Notes: a model not told the origin generated them from the letters alone. Positions 14,150 through 26,756 are shown, numbered from the whole stretch's first letter. The stretch: DNA of 63,808 bases, filler included, from Octopus bimaculoides (GCF_001194135.2; 6 parts of 6 records of this genome joined end to end with filler, not necessarily neighbours in it); one strand, 5' to 3'. Program-made: numbers and translations.

Positions 14150-14360
14150 ATGCTTGTATGTCTGTGTTTGTTCCCCCCACCACCATTACTTGACAACCGA
14201 TGTTGGTACGTTCACGCCCCTGTAACTTAGCGGTTCGGCAAAAGAGACCGATAGGATAAGTACTAGGCTTACAAAGAATAACTCCTGTGGTCAATTTGTT
14301 CGACTAAAAACGGTGCTCCAGCATGGCCGCAGTCAAATGACTGAAACAAGTAAAAGAATG
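14150..14360 (+). mobile_element. SINE family C 3' half
   Basis: CTTGACAACCGATG...CTTAGCGGTTCGGCAAAAGAGACCGATAG...CAGCATGGCCGCAGTC. Confidence 0.8.
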
Positions 14361-15514
14361 AAATAATAAAAGAATATAGAAATCTACGTAATTGACTTAT
14401 TACGAGCGTGCATATGTGTTTGAGTGAATACTAACACATACATTCATAGAAATAAATGCACGCACGCACATATACTTACAATATACGCATATACACATCC
14501 AGAAACGTGTATGTATGTGTACATATATGCCTGTATGTATGTGAATGTGTGTACGAGCGCGTGTGTATGCGTGCGCATGCGTATACGCTTTCCGTTATAA
14601 AACAATATACAACCACATCAAAACCACTTTTCTTTTGTGTTTTACAGAACTTCCGCTTTCGCTCCTAGTTTGTTATGATCTGCTCATGTCTCACGGAAGG
14701 GTGCACTAGAATGGTTTCTCATTGCTTGAACCAGATTCATTCTGAAGCAGAGGAAGGAGAGTGGCTGGGTCAAAGAAAAACGGTAATTCTGTCTTGGGTG
14801 TCGTTTTGTTTGTTGTCGTTATCAAGGTCACCAGTGACGTAACTGAAGTGAAATAATTGCAACAAAGAATTGAAACCGGATCGCAAAACACGTTTCCCCC
14901 TAAACTCTCCTTTTCCTTTTGCTGGTCACCGACCGATCTTTCATGTGATATCACGTGGTCTCACATCCCAACGTGTCTTCATCTAAAACATGTATGACTC
15001 AAATATAATCACAAACAAATACTCAGACATAGTACAAATGGTTAATGGATCTCCGTCGGCGTCGACAATGACTACGAAGACTGTTCAAGTTGTTCGATTA
15101 ATTAAACAACCTGATCTTTGAATTAATGTATTAAGTGGGTGTACATTTCACTAGGTCATGTGACACCATAACGTAATTATTCAGCAGAATCAGCATGACG
15201 CTGTGTGACGAGGCTAGAGCTTTCAAATTACGGATCTTTTCTATCAAACGGTATTCAACACAGTTTCCATAAACTCATGCTTACTCGCAGGGCTTGGATC
15301 GACGTGAAAATATGGTATAAGAGACGAGATGCCTTGCTGTAGGATTGAACACGGGACCACGTGATTGTGAAGCGAAATCTGGCCATGCTACATCCTTCCT
15401 CATACAAACACACGGGCACGCGCGTGTGGACACACACACATGCCTACATACTTACACACGCGCACAAACACACACTCACAAACACACACGCACACACAAA
15501 TATACATATACACA

Positions 15515-15556
<42 letters not shown>

Positions 15557-16258
15557 CACAAATACATACACAAATACACACACATATACATAGTTACACA
15601 TGGCCTCATAATTCTATTTATATACACATTACAGGCACAGCTACACACATGCAAACGTACAGCCTCACACATAGTTACACACAGGCAACTACTTACGGAG
15701 CCAAATAAGCAGAGCCAGGCACCCGCCCTATACACAGAACAAAAACTAATGCATCATCTGCCAGTTTCAATAATGATTATTCACTATGTATAGTACAGAA
15801 AGTCGCTGAGTATTCCAGCGTAATCCTGAGGCTGAATCATCGGGTCATAGTGACAAAGCTCGTCTGTCTTTGAAATTATTGGCACACTCAATCGTATTTA
15901 ATTTCTCCCAATTTTATCTCAAAGATTGTATGAATCAGAGGCTTGAGTTGAAGACACTTTCTCAAAGAGCCGTACGTACACAGCCTTATATTAACCCTTT
16001 GCCTGTCCTGTGTATTACATGTGATGTACGGGTTATGTTTCCCTAGCATCCAGGCACCATATATGATACGCATCCCCGTCTCTTTTTCAGGCATTAGAGT
16101 AGCTTCGGATTCATGAATTGGAAGACTTTATATTAACTCAGAAACAAGAGTAAAACAAAAATTCTGAAAAACAAGCAAGGGCGTTTAGGGCAGCACAAGT
16201 AAAGGCTTAATCATCAGTGTTAATTAAGCAATAATTTAGCCATGTAAAACTCCTTGTC

Positions 16259-16970
16259 AATATCTAATACAAATGAAAGGCAACGATCTGGCAGAAACGT
16301 TAGCACGCCGGGCAAAATGCTCAGCGGCTTTTCGTCCGTCTTTACGTTCTGAGTTCAAATTTCGCCGAGGTTCACTTTACCTTTCATCCTGTTAGGGTTA
16401 ATAAAATAAGTACCAGTTGAATACTGTGGTCAATAGAATCGAATTGCCTCCTCCTCTGAACTAGCTGACCTTGTACTAAAATTTGAAACTAATACCTAAT
16501 ATAGATCTAGCAGCGAGATGACAAAAACATTAGCCCCACCCCCTAGCAAAATCTTTAGCGTCATTTCGTCCGTCCTTATGTTCTGAGTTCAAATTCCACC
16601 GAGATCAGCTTTGCCTTTCATCCTTTTGAGGTCGACGAAATAAGTACCAGTAGCGTACTGCGCTACTGGTACTTATCGACAAGCTCCCCGGACCCAAATT
16701 TCAGGCCTCGTGCTTATTGTAGAAAAGAATACCTAACACAAATCTAAGGCAGCGATCTGGTAGGATTGTTTGCAAGCCAGGGTAAATGCTTAGCGGCATG
16801 CCGTCCATCTTTACGTTCTGAGTTTAAATGCCGTGTGGGTTGACTTTTCCTTTCATCTTTTCGGGGTCGATGAAATAAGTACCACTGGGGACGATGTAAT
16901 CGAATTACCTCCTCCGCTTAAATTTCTAGCCATGTGCCAAATTTTGAAACCAATATCTAACACAAATCTA
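16259..16970 (+). repeat. Array of three family A SINEs bounded by four 19-bp direct repeats (AATAYCTAAYACAAATCTA)
   Basis: Repeats at 16259-77, 16491-509, 16728-46 and 16952-70; SINEs at about 16278-16490, 16510-16727 and 16747-16951. Confidence 0.85.
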
Positions 16971-17479
16971 GTTTGACATTGGACACGCTTCATCAGCAGT
17001 AATTCACAGCCAATAAGTATTTGTCCAAAAATGTCATCGTGGTTTTATCTATCGATGAGACATAATGCTATAGCCAGGACACTGTATAATGATATCTGTC
17101 GGAAGGGTAACCCTGAGGTCAAAGAAATAAGAATCCACAGTATGGTAGAGGCTACAGCCACTCATAATAAAGAGTACTGATGGAATATCCCAGTGGAAAC
17201 CTCAATAAAATGTAAATATTTTATTTTTTTTAATTTATGCATCCATTTAAAGCCTAACCAGGATCATGGGCCGGGTTCCCCGGTTTCTATGGCGTATGTG
17301 TCCCCCATATACGCCCCAAAGAGGGGAGAGAGAAAGACAGATAGAAAACGGTGAAGGGGGACGGGGAGTAAAAGGGAGCTAGAGAAGGATGGAGGAAGAA
17401 AACAGTATAGAGTCGCATCAAAAAAGTGAAGATAAAATTACTTTGAAATGTATGTGTTGCGTTCAACTATTGAAGGTTA

Positions 17480-17626
17480 CTCATTTTTGCCAGATGAGTG
17501 GACTAGAGCAATGTGAAATGAAGTGTTTTGCTCAAGAACACAATGCCTCGCCCGGTCCAGGAATCGAAACCACAATCTTACGATCATGAACCCAACTACT
17601 TAACCACTAAGCCACGCACCTCCACA
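17480..17626 (-). mobile_element. SINE family D-like 5' half
   Basis: Reverse complement of the tRNA-like head plus GTGTTCTTGAGCAAAACACT. Confidence 0.65.
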
Positions 17627-17627
17627 T

Positions 17628-17716
17628 TTGGAAGACTGAATGTGAAAGTCCTGCACTGTCGACAAAGCTCAAGATCTACAAGGCTGTAGTCGTCTCTACA
17701 CTACTCTATGGATGTC
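17628..17716 (+). mobile_element. RTE-clade LINE RT fragment
   Basis: Encodes LSTKLKIYKAVVVSTLLYGCQP*T. Confidence 0.7.
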
Positions 17717-17889
17717 AGCCATAGACTCCATATATATANNNNNNNNNNNNNNNNNNNNNNNNNNNNNNNNNNNNNNNNNNNNNNNNNNNNNNNNNNNNNN
17801 NNNNNNNNNNNNNNNNNNNNNNNNNNNNNNNNNNNNNNNNNNNNNNNNNNNNNNNNNNNNNNNNNNNNNNNNNNNNNNNNNNNNNNNNN

Positions 17890-17944
<55 letters not shown>

Positions 17945-17947
17945 ATA

Positions 17948-18090
17948 TGAGGCTGCCCACTCATGCCTGAAAAAAACCATCACTGACCACTAAAAACACT
18001 TTACATTTTTGTCTCTGTTAGTGACTAATGAGCCTAGGTCTTGAGAAACATACACGTCCGCAGACATTGCAGACCAAGCTTCCTCCATTC
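17948..18090 (-). mobile_element. RTE-clade LINE 3' end (zinc knuckle and 3' UTR)
   Basis: Minus strand encodes LVCNVCGRVCFSRPRLISH*, then a short UTR ending GGGCAGCC at a TA microsatellite. Confidence 0.6.
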
Positions 18091-18198
18091 ACTACACTAG
18101 CGGTGTGTTTTCGAGTAGCTTCCTTAAATTTTGCGTGAAAAATGGTATTTTTTTTTCAAAAATCCTTACTCTTTTCTTTGCTTGTTACCTCCACTGGA

Positions 18199-18492
18199 TG
18201 AAGGCGCGTGGCTTAGTGGCTAGGGTGTTGGACTCACGATCGAAAAGTCATGATTTCGATCCCCGGGAGCGCGTTGTGTCTTTGAGCGAGACACTTTATT
18301 TTATATTGCTTCACTCCACTCAGCTGAAAGTAAAGTCACATCCTGTGTCACGCTGAATCTCCCCGAGGACTACATTAAGAGTACTCGTGTCGATGGAGTG
18401 CTCAGCCACATGCACATTAATTTCCCGAATTAGCTGTTCCGTTGATCGGATTAACTGGAACTCGCATCGTCGTAGCCGTTGAAGTGTCGATG
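18199..18492 (+). mobile_element. SINE family D (distinct tRNA head, shares family B 3' body)
   Basis: Head GAAGGCGCGTGGCTTAGTGG; body GTGTCACGCTGAATCTCCCCGAG. Confidence 0.75.
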
Positions 18493-18584
18493 AGAAGCAC
18501 TGTTTTCTCAATTGACCTCTCATACTTCACTGAGGACTTTTCAGAACCTTCTTCGAGGACTTTACAGAACTGTTAACATGCCCG

Positions 18585-18752
18585 GTAAAATCCTCAGCGA
18601 CGTTTCTTCCAGCTCTTGCCTTTATGAGTACAAATTTCGCCGGGGTCAACTTTGCTTTTCATCCCTTCAAGATTGATAAAATAGAGGTCCAGTCAAATAC
18701 AAGGGTTGATGTAATCAACTTGTCCTTTCTTCTCAAAATTGCTGGTCTTGAA
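18585..18752 (+). mobile_element. SINE family A, partial
   Basis: CAAATTTCGCCGGGGTCAACTTTGCTTTTCATCC. Confidence 0.65.
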
Positions 18753-19416
18753 TGTCGCAGCGGACCAGCCTGCCGTTCGAGGAAATCTTTAGTCCCCTGT
18801 TACTTATATGCCATGGAAACCGGGTAACCGGCCTTAATAGTCCCAAGGACGAAGAACCCCGTCCCTCTCTCTAATATATATGTATGTTCGTGCGTGTATG
18901 TGTGCATGTGTGTGTGTGTNNNNNNNNNNNNNNNNNNNNNNNNNNNNNNNNNNNNNNNNNNNNNNNNNNNNNNNNNNNNNNNNNNNNNNNNNNNNNNNNN
19001 NNNNNNNNNNNNNNNNNNNNNNNNNNNNNNNNNNNNNNNNNNNNNNNNNNNNNNNNNNNNNNNNNNNNNNNNNNNNNNNNNNNNNNNNNNNNNNNNNNNN
19101 NNNNNNNNNNNNNNNNNNNNNNNNNNNNNNNNNNNNNNNNNNNNNNNNNNNNNNNNNNNNNNNNNNNNNNNNNNNNNNNNNNNNNNNNNNNNNNNNNNNN
19201 NNNTTAAAGGGTAGGGTATTTCTAGACGTGGGGTGGGGTGTCGGTGTAGGAGAGATTTGCGAGAGGCTGTGGTGTAAAGCCTACGTAGAGGGGGGAAAGG
19301 GGAAGGAGTGAGTGAGTATGCTATCGCGGGTCATGAGTTTGAAAAAAGGCCGAGAGCAAACAAGTGTGTATAAGAGGGGAAGGTGTTCGTATGAGGGGGT
19401 GGGAGTCATGAAAATG

Positions 19417-19460
<44 letters not shown>

Positions 19461-19557
19461 TTTGCGTGCTGGTGTCGATAAATAGGGGATGCAAAGCAAA
19501 CCCGTAATTGTTGTAAGTACAGTATATTTGTGATGTAGTTGCGTTTGTGTGCGCATA

Positions 19558-19588
<31 letters not shown>

Positions 19589-21180
19589 ACGTCTATACGT
19601 ATGACTATATGTGCGTGTGAGTGTGTGTATGTGTACGTGTGTGTGTGTGTGTGTGGCGAGATATCACATGTAAGTGATTAGTTTATAGGTATGGGTACCA
19701 ACAGTGCCACTGGAGTGTATCGAAGCATGAAGGGTGGTTAAATTTGTGAGGGTGGGGGGCGCGGGTGAATCAAACGAGAGATCCGTTGTATCTGAGTTTC
19801 TCTGTGGTTGTGGTGGTGGTGGAGATACACAGGTGTTGCTGTTGGTAGTGGTGTTGTATAGACATAGGTCAACCCCGATTGAACAAATATACGGTCAAAG
19901 ACATACCAAATATATATACATATGCATGATGTATATATAAATGTATAGATAGAGCTCTAGCAACTGATTGTCGCTCCTGTTATGACAAAGCATAAAAATA
20001 ATATATGTATATGTCTGTACGTACGTACATACATACATACATACATACCAGAGAGGTAGTATGGTAAATTAATTCAATTAGGCTTGATACATATATTTAG
20101 ATGGAGCACAAAGTTAAAGAATATAAATAAAAATACAGAAAAAATATCTAAAATATGTAATATCTTATCTCGACATCTGTTTCAACAAGCCAAGAGTTTT
20201 GGGCACAACTCTGCTGTTTTGTATACAGAACGTATTTAGTTCTCGCTGATGTGTGTATATATACATAGATACACATCTGTCTACCTATACATACATGCAT
20301 ACATATATTTATGTATTATATATATTTTTTTGTTGTACACGTTTCGTGACGTTCTGTGCCCACATATGCATATATGCATGCATATAGATGTAAGTATGTA
20401 CACATACGTATGTATATATGCATATATATATATATATATATANNNNNNNNNNNNNNNNNNNNNNNNNNNNNNNNNNNNNNNNNNNNNNNNNNNNNNNNNN
20501 NNNNNNNNNNNNNNNNNNNNNNNNNNNNNNNNNNNNNNNNNNNNNNNNNNNNNNNNNNNNNNNNNNNNNNNNNNNNNNNNNNNNNNNNNNNNNNNNNNNN
20601 NNNNNNNNNNNNNNNNNNNNNNNNNNNNNNNNNNNNNNNNNNNNNNNNNNNNNNNNNNNNNNNNNNNNNNNNNNNNNNNNNNNNNNNNNNNNNNNNNNNN
20701 NNNNNNNNNNNNNNNNNNNNNNNNNNNNNNNNNNNNNNNNNNNNNNNNNNNNNNNNNNNNNNNNNNNNNNNNNNNNNNNNNNNNNNNNNNNNNNNNNNNN
20801 NNNNNNNNNNNNNNNNNNNNNNNNNNNNNNNNNNNNNNNNNNNNNNNNNNNNNNNNNNNNNNNNNNNNNNNNNNNNNNNNNNNNNNNNNNNNNNNNNNNN
20901 NNNNNNNNNNNNNNNNNNNNNNNNNNNNNNNNNNNNNNNNNNNNNNNNNNNNNNNNNNNNNNNNNNNNNNNNNNNNNNNNNNNNNNNNNNNNNNNNNNNN
21001 NNNNNNNNNNNNNNNNNNNNNNNNNNNNNNNNNNNNNNNNNNNNNNNNNNNNNNNNNNNNNNNNNNNNNNNNNNNNNNNNNNNNNNNNNNNNNNNNNNNN
21101 NNNNNNNNNNNNNNNNNNNNNNNNNNNNNNNNNNNNNNNNNNNNNNNNNNNNNNNNNNNNNNNNNNNNNNNNNNNNNNNN

Positions 21181-21227
<47 letters not shown>

Positions 21228-21249
21228 TATATATGTATATGTATATTTT

Positions 21250-21455
21250 TGCGTGTCTGTGTTTGTCCCCACACCATCTCTTGACAACGAGTGTTGGTGT
21301 GTTTACGTTCCCGTAACTTAGCGGTTCAGCAAAAGAATCGATACAATATGTACTAGGCTTACAAAGGATAAGTCCTGGGATCGATTTGTGCGACTACAGG
21401 CGGTGCTGCAGCATAGTCGCAGTCAAATGACTGAAATAAATAAAAGAATAAAAGA
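21250..21455 (+). mobile_element. SINE family C 3' half
   Basis: Same pattern as the 14150 copy. Confidence 0.8.
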
Positions 21456-21489
21456 ATATATATTTATTAAATCTCTGAGCGAGATATAA

Positions 21490-21800
21490 ACAGTAGCTGT
21501 ACGGAACCGTAACATATATTTGCCACCTAAGTGTGGCGTCCTATACAGGACAGTGTTACTGATGTTTATAGCTCCAGGAAGACATCTCCAGCTGGGTAAC
21601 GACAGACNNNNNNNNNNNNNNNNNNNNNNNNNNNNNNNNNNNNNNNNNNNNNNNNNNNNNNNNNNNNNNNNNNNNNNNNNNNNNNNNNNNNNNNNNNNNN
21701 NNNNNNNCCCGTACGATTTTCACTACAGTGTTAGGGTTAGGGTTTGTTAGAGTTAGGGTTTGTTAGGGTTAGGGTTCGTTAGGGTTAGGTAGGTAATGAT
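21490..21800. mobile_element. Element with interstitial TTAGGG-type repeats, possibly Helentron/HINE-like
   Basis: TTAGGG variants at 21730-21794 and a GCCAC-ctaagt-GTGGC hairpin at 21521-36; contains an N gap. Confidence 0.35.
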
Positions 21801-22066
21801 GCGGGTGTTAATCTCAAGATTTACGATAAGATTTTCAGAAAAAATTCACAGTTTGTAGGGAATAAATGTTTGTTGATCGTATTTGAGAAAGATGTCTCGC
21901 TGGTGAAGGACGGTGTTAGAAATGGAAAGTAAACTTACAATTCCCGCTAATTAGAATAAGGTCATTGGTAACCATAGGTACATATATATGTGTGTATTTA
22001 CGTATGATTGGTAGTGTGTCTGTTTATTTGATTCTCACTCTCCTTCGTTTCTTTGTCTTTTTTCTT

Positions 22067-22300
22067 GGATCGTTCGTAAACGTTCATAAGAAAAAGTAGC
22101 AATTGAAAGGATGTGTAAGAGGAATAGAAATAGTTAATTTTAGAATGGCAAAGTAATTTTGTATGTAGTTTTAGTATCTGTCATTACAGTATCGAAATGT
22201 GATTGTTTCAGTTTTGATAATTTTCTTTTTCTTCTTCCTTTCTTTTTGTATTTGTTGTTGGATTGTTCGTAAAGGTTCATAAGAGAAAGTAGGAGTTGAA
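22067..22300. repeat. About 42-bp direct repeat, about 192 nt apart
   Basis: ggatcgttcgtaaacgttcataagaaaaagtagcaattgaa versus ggattgttcgtaaaggttcataagagaaagtaggagttgaa. Confidence 0.7.
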
Positions 22301-22539
22301 NNNNNNNNNNNNNNNNNNNNNNNNNNNNNNNNNNNNNNNNNNNNNNNNNNNNNNNNNNNNNNNNNNNNNNNNNNNNNNNNNNNNNNNNNNNNNNNNNNNN
22401 NNNNNNNNNNNNNNNNNNNNNNNNNNNNNNNNNNNNNNNNNNNNNNNNNNNNNNNNNNNNNNNNNNNNNNNNNNNNNNNNNNNNNNNNNNNNNNNNNNNN
22501 NNNNNNNNNNNNNNNNNNNNNNNNNNNNNNNNNNNNNNN

Positions 22540-22583
<44 letters not shown>

Positions 22584-23824
22584 CATATATATGTGTGTGT
22601 GTGTATACATATTGTGCATTTATTGTCAACCTGTACAATGAGGGAGCGTTTTTGGTCTCACCCTGAATGAGTATAGATAAATATAAGAATGATTTCATTT
22701 CAAAATAATGAAGGTATAGAGCCAGAGTGATACATTTATGTGAGGGCTCTATATTTATGCGAGAGTACCATAATCGAAGGAGCACCTTTTGGCGATTTTT
22801 GTCTTTAATGAATGCATCTAGTGCAAGCCATCCATTCCTTGAGACGGAACTAAACAACTAAACAATTGATGACAGAAATCAGTGAGTACCAGTAGACCTA
22901 CATTATGGATAGTGGGCGAACTGTATTACTAACAGAAGTTTCGATGGATTGTAGTGTCGGGTTCGAGCCTTCTTACGGACGTGGAGGAAATAACGGGAAT
23001 CCACACATTATTGTTACATAAACGTCTTCTATTTTCAAAGTGACTCTTCCTTTAAACCATGTCCGAAGATTTTTGTTATTCTTCAGTTTAACTCCTCCAC
23101 TACTCTACTTTCGTCTGTGTACCTATGAAAACAATTGAGTTGTTTTTACTTGAATTGTTATTTGCTCTCTCTCATACACTCAAGTGTGAATGGAACTTGC
23201 TATGCTGATTCCTACAATCCATTGGATGGTTGGAACACCACTGAAGACTTCGTTGTGCGATTTATAGGCAGGGCAAACAATTTTAACAGGACCCATCCCT
23301 TTGCGAGTTATACTCACACGGAGAGATAAATTTAATCATACGAAATAATGAAGCACTCATAAGCCATACAGTGCTTATTACAGCAATATAACTATAGCAT
23401 GTTGTTATACCCATTTATAGCTAGGTAGACTTTTCCATTTAAAGGTTAATTTGGATTAACAATGACAAGAATAATGCAGTAATGGTGATAAGAATCGAAC
23501 GCATGACCTTTCGGCATATTGCCCCACTATCTCATCTACTCGGTTGCACGTAGTGTTTTATACAAAATATAACAATATATGATATGATATGATATGATAT
23601 ATATGTGTGTCTATNNNNNNNNNNNNNNNNNNNNNNNNNNNNNNNNNNNNNNNNNNNNNNNNNNNNNNNNNNNNNNNNNNNNNNNNNNNNNNNNNNNNNN
23701 NNNNNNNNNNNNNNNNNNNNNNNNNNNNNNNNNNNNNNNNTATATACTATATATATATATAAGCATATACATACATATGTATATGATATATAAACTTATC
23801 TACATGCTACATACATACATACAT

Positions 23825-23896
<72 letters not shown>

Positions 23897-24651
23897 GTAA
23901 CAGTACAACAACTGTTCCACTCCACAAGTCAGTGTTGTTTTTGATTCTGTGGCTACATCTTCTCACTTTACCATCATATAACCACTGCATTCCTAATTTC
24001 TGTTTGGATAGATCTCCTCTTAGTCTGTTTATTTATCTCAAAGACATTTGCACAACAACAACAACACCATGGTTCTCACTTACAAAAGACACATTGATTC
24101 TGGTCGCTCTTATAATAATCTTCTTCTTCAACTAACATGTTATTTATAGAGATCAAAACAAAATAACGGTTGTATTTGAGAAATGGATAGTTAAAACCAG
24201 AAAACTGATGGCCAAATGACAAGCAGAATGGTTGAAGTGGTTGACAAAAACTGGCAAATACCGACAATTTACTGACAAGTAAACAGAAAGAAAAGAAATG
24301 AAAAGAAAAGAAAGATACAAAAATCAACAACAAAGAACAAAACAAAAAGCAAAACCAAAATGCTGGAAATCTAATAAGGAGGCAGACATAAGTGGTTGAG
24401 AAAAATTATGCTAAGACTGATAGAATTGGGCATATTTCTTTCAGCATAAAAATGAGAGATAAAAATTAGTTGTTACTGTTTGGTGGTGCCGGGGATACGA
24501 ACTAGCGATCTCAAGCCCGGTTGACTGGCACCTGATAATCTCTGTCATTTATATCAGTGTTGTTGGCCAAAACAGCCCCGATATAAAAGAAAAAAATCCA
24601 CGTGCTCAAGGACATAAAAGGCTGATTACCCGGCTTTAACAGTCTTATGAG

Positions 24652-24935
24652 GTGAAGACGCGTGGCTTAGTGGTTACAGCATTCGGCTCACGATCGCAAG
24701 GTCGCTAGTTCAATTCCCGGCAACGCGTTGTTTCCTTGTACAAGACGTTTTATTTCATGTTACTCTATTCCACTCAGATGGCAAAAGTGAGTAGTACCTG
24801 TATTTCAAAGGGCCAGCCATGTCACACATTGTGTCACGCTGAATCTCCCAGAGAATTACGTTAAGGGTATGCGTGTCTGTGGAGTGCTCGGATCAACTGG
24901 AATCCTCGTAGTCGTAAATGACGGCGTGCCAATGT
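24652..24935 (+). mobile_element. SINE family D
   Basis: Same head and body as the 18199 copy. Confidence 0.75.
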
Positions 24936-24987
24936 AAGTGACTAACAAAATATTTCCCTGAACGGCACGCCGGTGTGCTGTATGAAT

Positions 24988-25188
24988 CAAGACCAGCAGT
25001 TTTAAGGGGAGAGGACAAGCCGATTATATCCACTCCAGTATTTCACTGGTACTTTGTTTTATTCACCCCGAAAGGGCGAAAGGCACTGTTGACCTTGGCG
25101 GAATTTGAACTGAGAATGTAAAGAGCAGGAAGAAATACCGCTAAGCATTTTGTCCGACGTACTAACGCTTCTGCCAGCTCGTCACCTT
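24988..25188 (-). mobile_element. SINE family A
   Basis: Matches other family A copies. Confidence 0.75.
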
Positions 25189-25716
25189 CAGCCTCGATTG
25201 ATTAGACATATTGATTTTGGATGCTCTTATCACATATGATCCAAAGGTGTTCCAGGTGTGACCATCCTGTATTTTATTCAGTCTGTCTTTTATCTTTTTA
25301 AGACGGTAGAGTTTGATTTGAGGGAGATTTAGCTGTTTTATCTGGTATGCTCATGTAGTGACTATCTCTTCCTTGATTCGGACAAATCTGTCGGTTGAAT
25401 GACTAAAACGAATGTCTCTGTCGTATGAAAGATGATCAGAGATGCAATATTAAGGGTTGAAGTGTCACTCATCAACATGCTTCTCCCCCAAACGTGTGAT
25501 TTTTTTCTCATTACCTCTTCTCCTGCCACTGATTCTGCTTGTACTCTTCTAAAATTGCTACCTACGTGCACCCTCAGTTCATACCTACCCAAGCTCATCC
25601 TGAACACCCGCCTCTCCTATATTTCATGGTCTTTTTAAAATTTCCCTGAAAGTCACGCTCGGATCAACTGGTCTTTTTAAAATTAAACTGCTAAATTACG
25701 AATGTGCGTGTGTAGT

Positions 25717-25816
25717 NNNNNNNNNNNNNNNNNNNNNNNNNNNNNNNNNNNNNNNNNNNNTTAATTAATTAANNNNNNNNNNNNNNNNNNNNNNNNNNNN
25801 NNNNNNNNNNNNNNNN
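25717..25816. other. 100-bp scaffold-join marker (44 N, TTAATTAATTAA, 44 N); four more at 41502, 49918, 54786 and 62293
   Basis: The same 12-mer is centred in equal N runs at five places, so it is an assembly artefact. Confidence 0.9.
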
Positions 25817-26055
25817 ATATAAAACAATAATATTAGGGATAAAAATCCAAATTTACAGGTAAAACTCAATTAAATTTAATTTATTAAAACTTTTAAAAGT
25901 TTTTCATTTTTGTCTTTGGAATTAATTAGACTCCGAAACAATTTGTAGAAAGTATATTGTTTCTGTACCAACCTGGAATTGAAATGAATTAAAGTTCATC
26001 CACACTTACAATTTTTCCTTTCCTTATACTTCATTTATATATATATATATATATG

Positions 26056-26151
<96 letters not shown>

Positions 26152-26152
26152 T

Positions 26153-26345
26153 AGGCGCTGACGTAGCTGCGCAGTAAGTAGCTTGCTTCCTAACCACATG
26201 ATTCTCGGTTCACTCCCACTGCGTAGCACCTGGACCAAGTACCTTCTGCTATAGCCTCGGGCCGACCAAAGTCTTATGAGTGGATTTGGTTGGTGGAAAC
26301 TGAAAGAAGTCCGTCGTATATGTATATGTTTGTATGTGTGGCGTA
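26153..26345 (+). mobile_element. SINE family C 5' half
   Basis: GTAAGTAGCTTGCTTCCTAACCACATG head. Confidence 0.75.
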
Positions 26346-26466
26346 TGTCTGTATGTCTGTATTTTCCCTCCAAATTTGTTTCCAAATCATCCATAAAATT
26401 TGATCAGAATCTAGCCATCTAGAAATATCTACATCAAAACTCTAACGACATTTATAATGAGGTAAT

Positions 26467-26678
26467 AGGCGGCGAGCTGGTAGAATCGTTAGCACACTGG
26501 GAAAAATGGCGGCATTTCGTCCGCTTTTACGTCTTAAGTTCAAATTCCGCCGAAATTGTATTTGCCTTTCATCCTTTTCGGAGTCGATAAAATAAGCACC
26601 AATTGAGTGCTGGGGTGATATAATCGACCAGCCCCCTCTCTCAAAATTTCAGGCCTTATGCCTATAGTAGAAAGGATT
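26467..26678 (+). mobile_element. SINE family A (alternative tail)
   Basis: AGGCGGCGAGCTGG head; TTTCAGGCCTTATGCCTATAGTAGAAAGG tail. Confidence 0.8.
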
Positions 26679-26756
26679 TATAACGAGGAAAACAAAATCC
26701 ATATCCGGTTCTCATGAAATTTAGTTATGGACCATTTTGATTGAATATACACGTGT

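Noticed and set aside
16259-16970. CRISPR-like repeat-spacer appearance
   Set aside because: The spacers are ~210-nt homologous SINEs, the context is eukaryotic and there are no cas genes. Kept only as a retroposon array.
25761-25772. Recurrent TTAATTAATTAA palindrome (also 41546, 49962, 54830, 62337)
   Set aside because: Always centred in 44 N on each side, so it is a scaffolding marker, not a biological motif.
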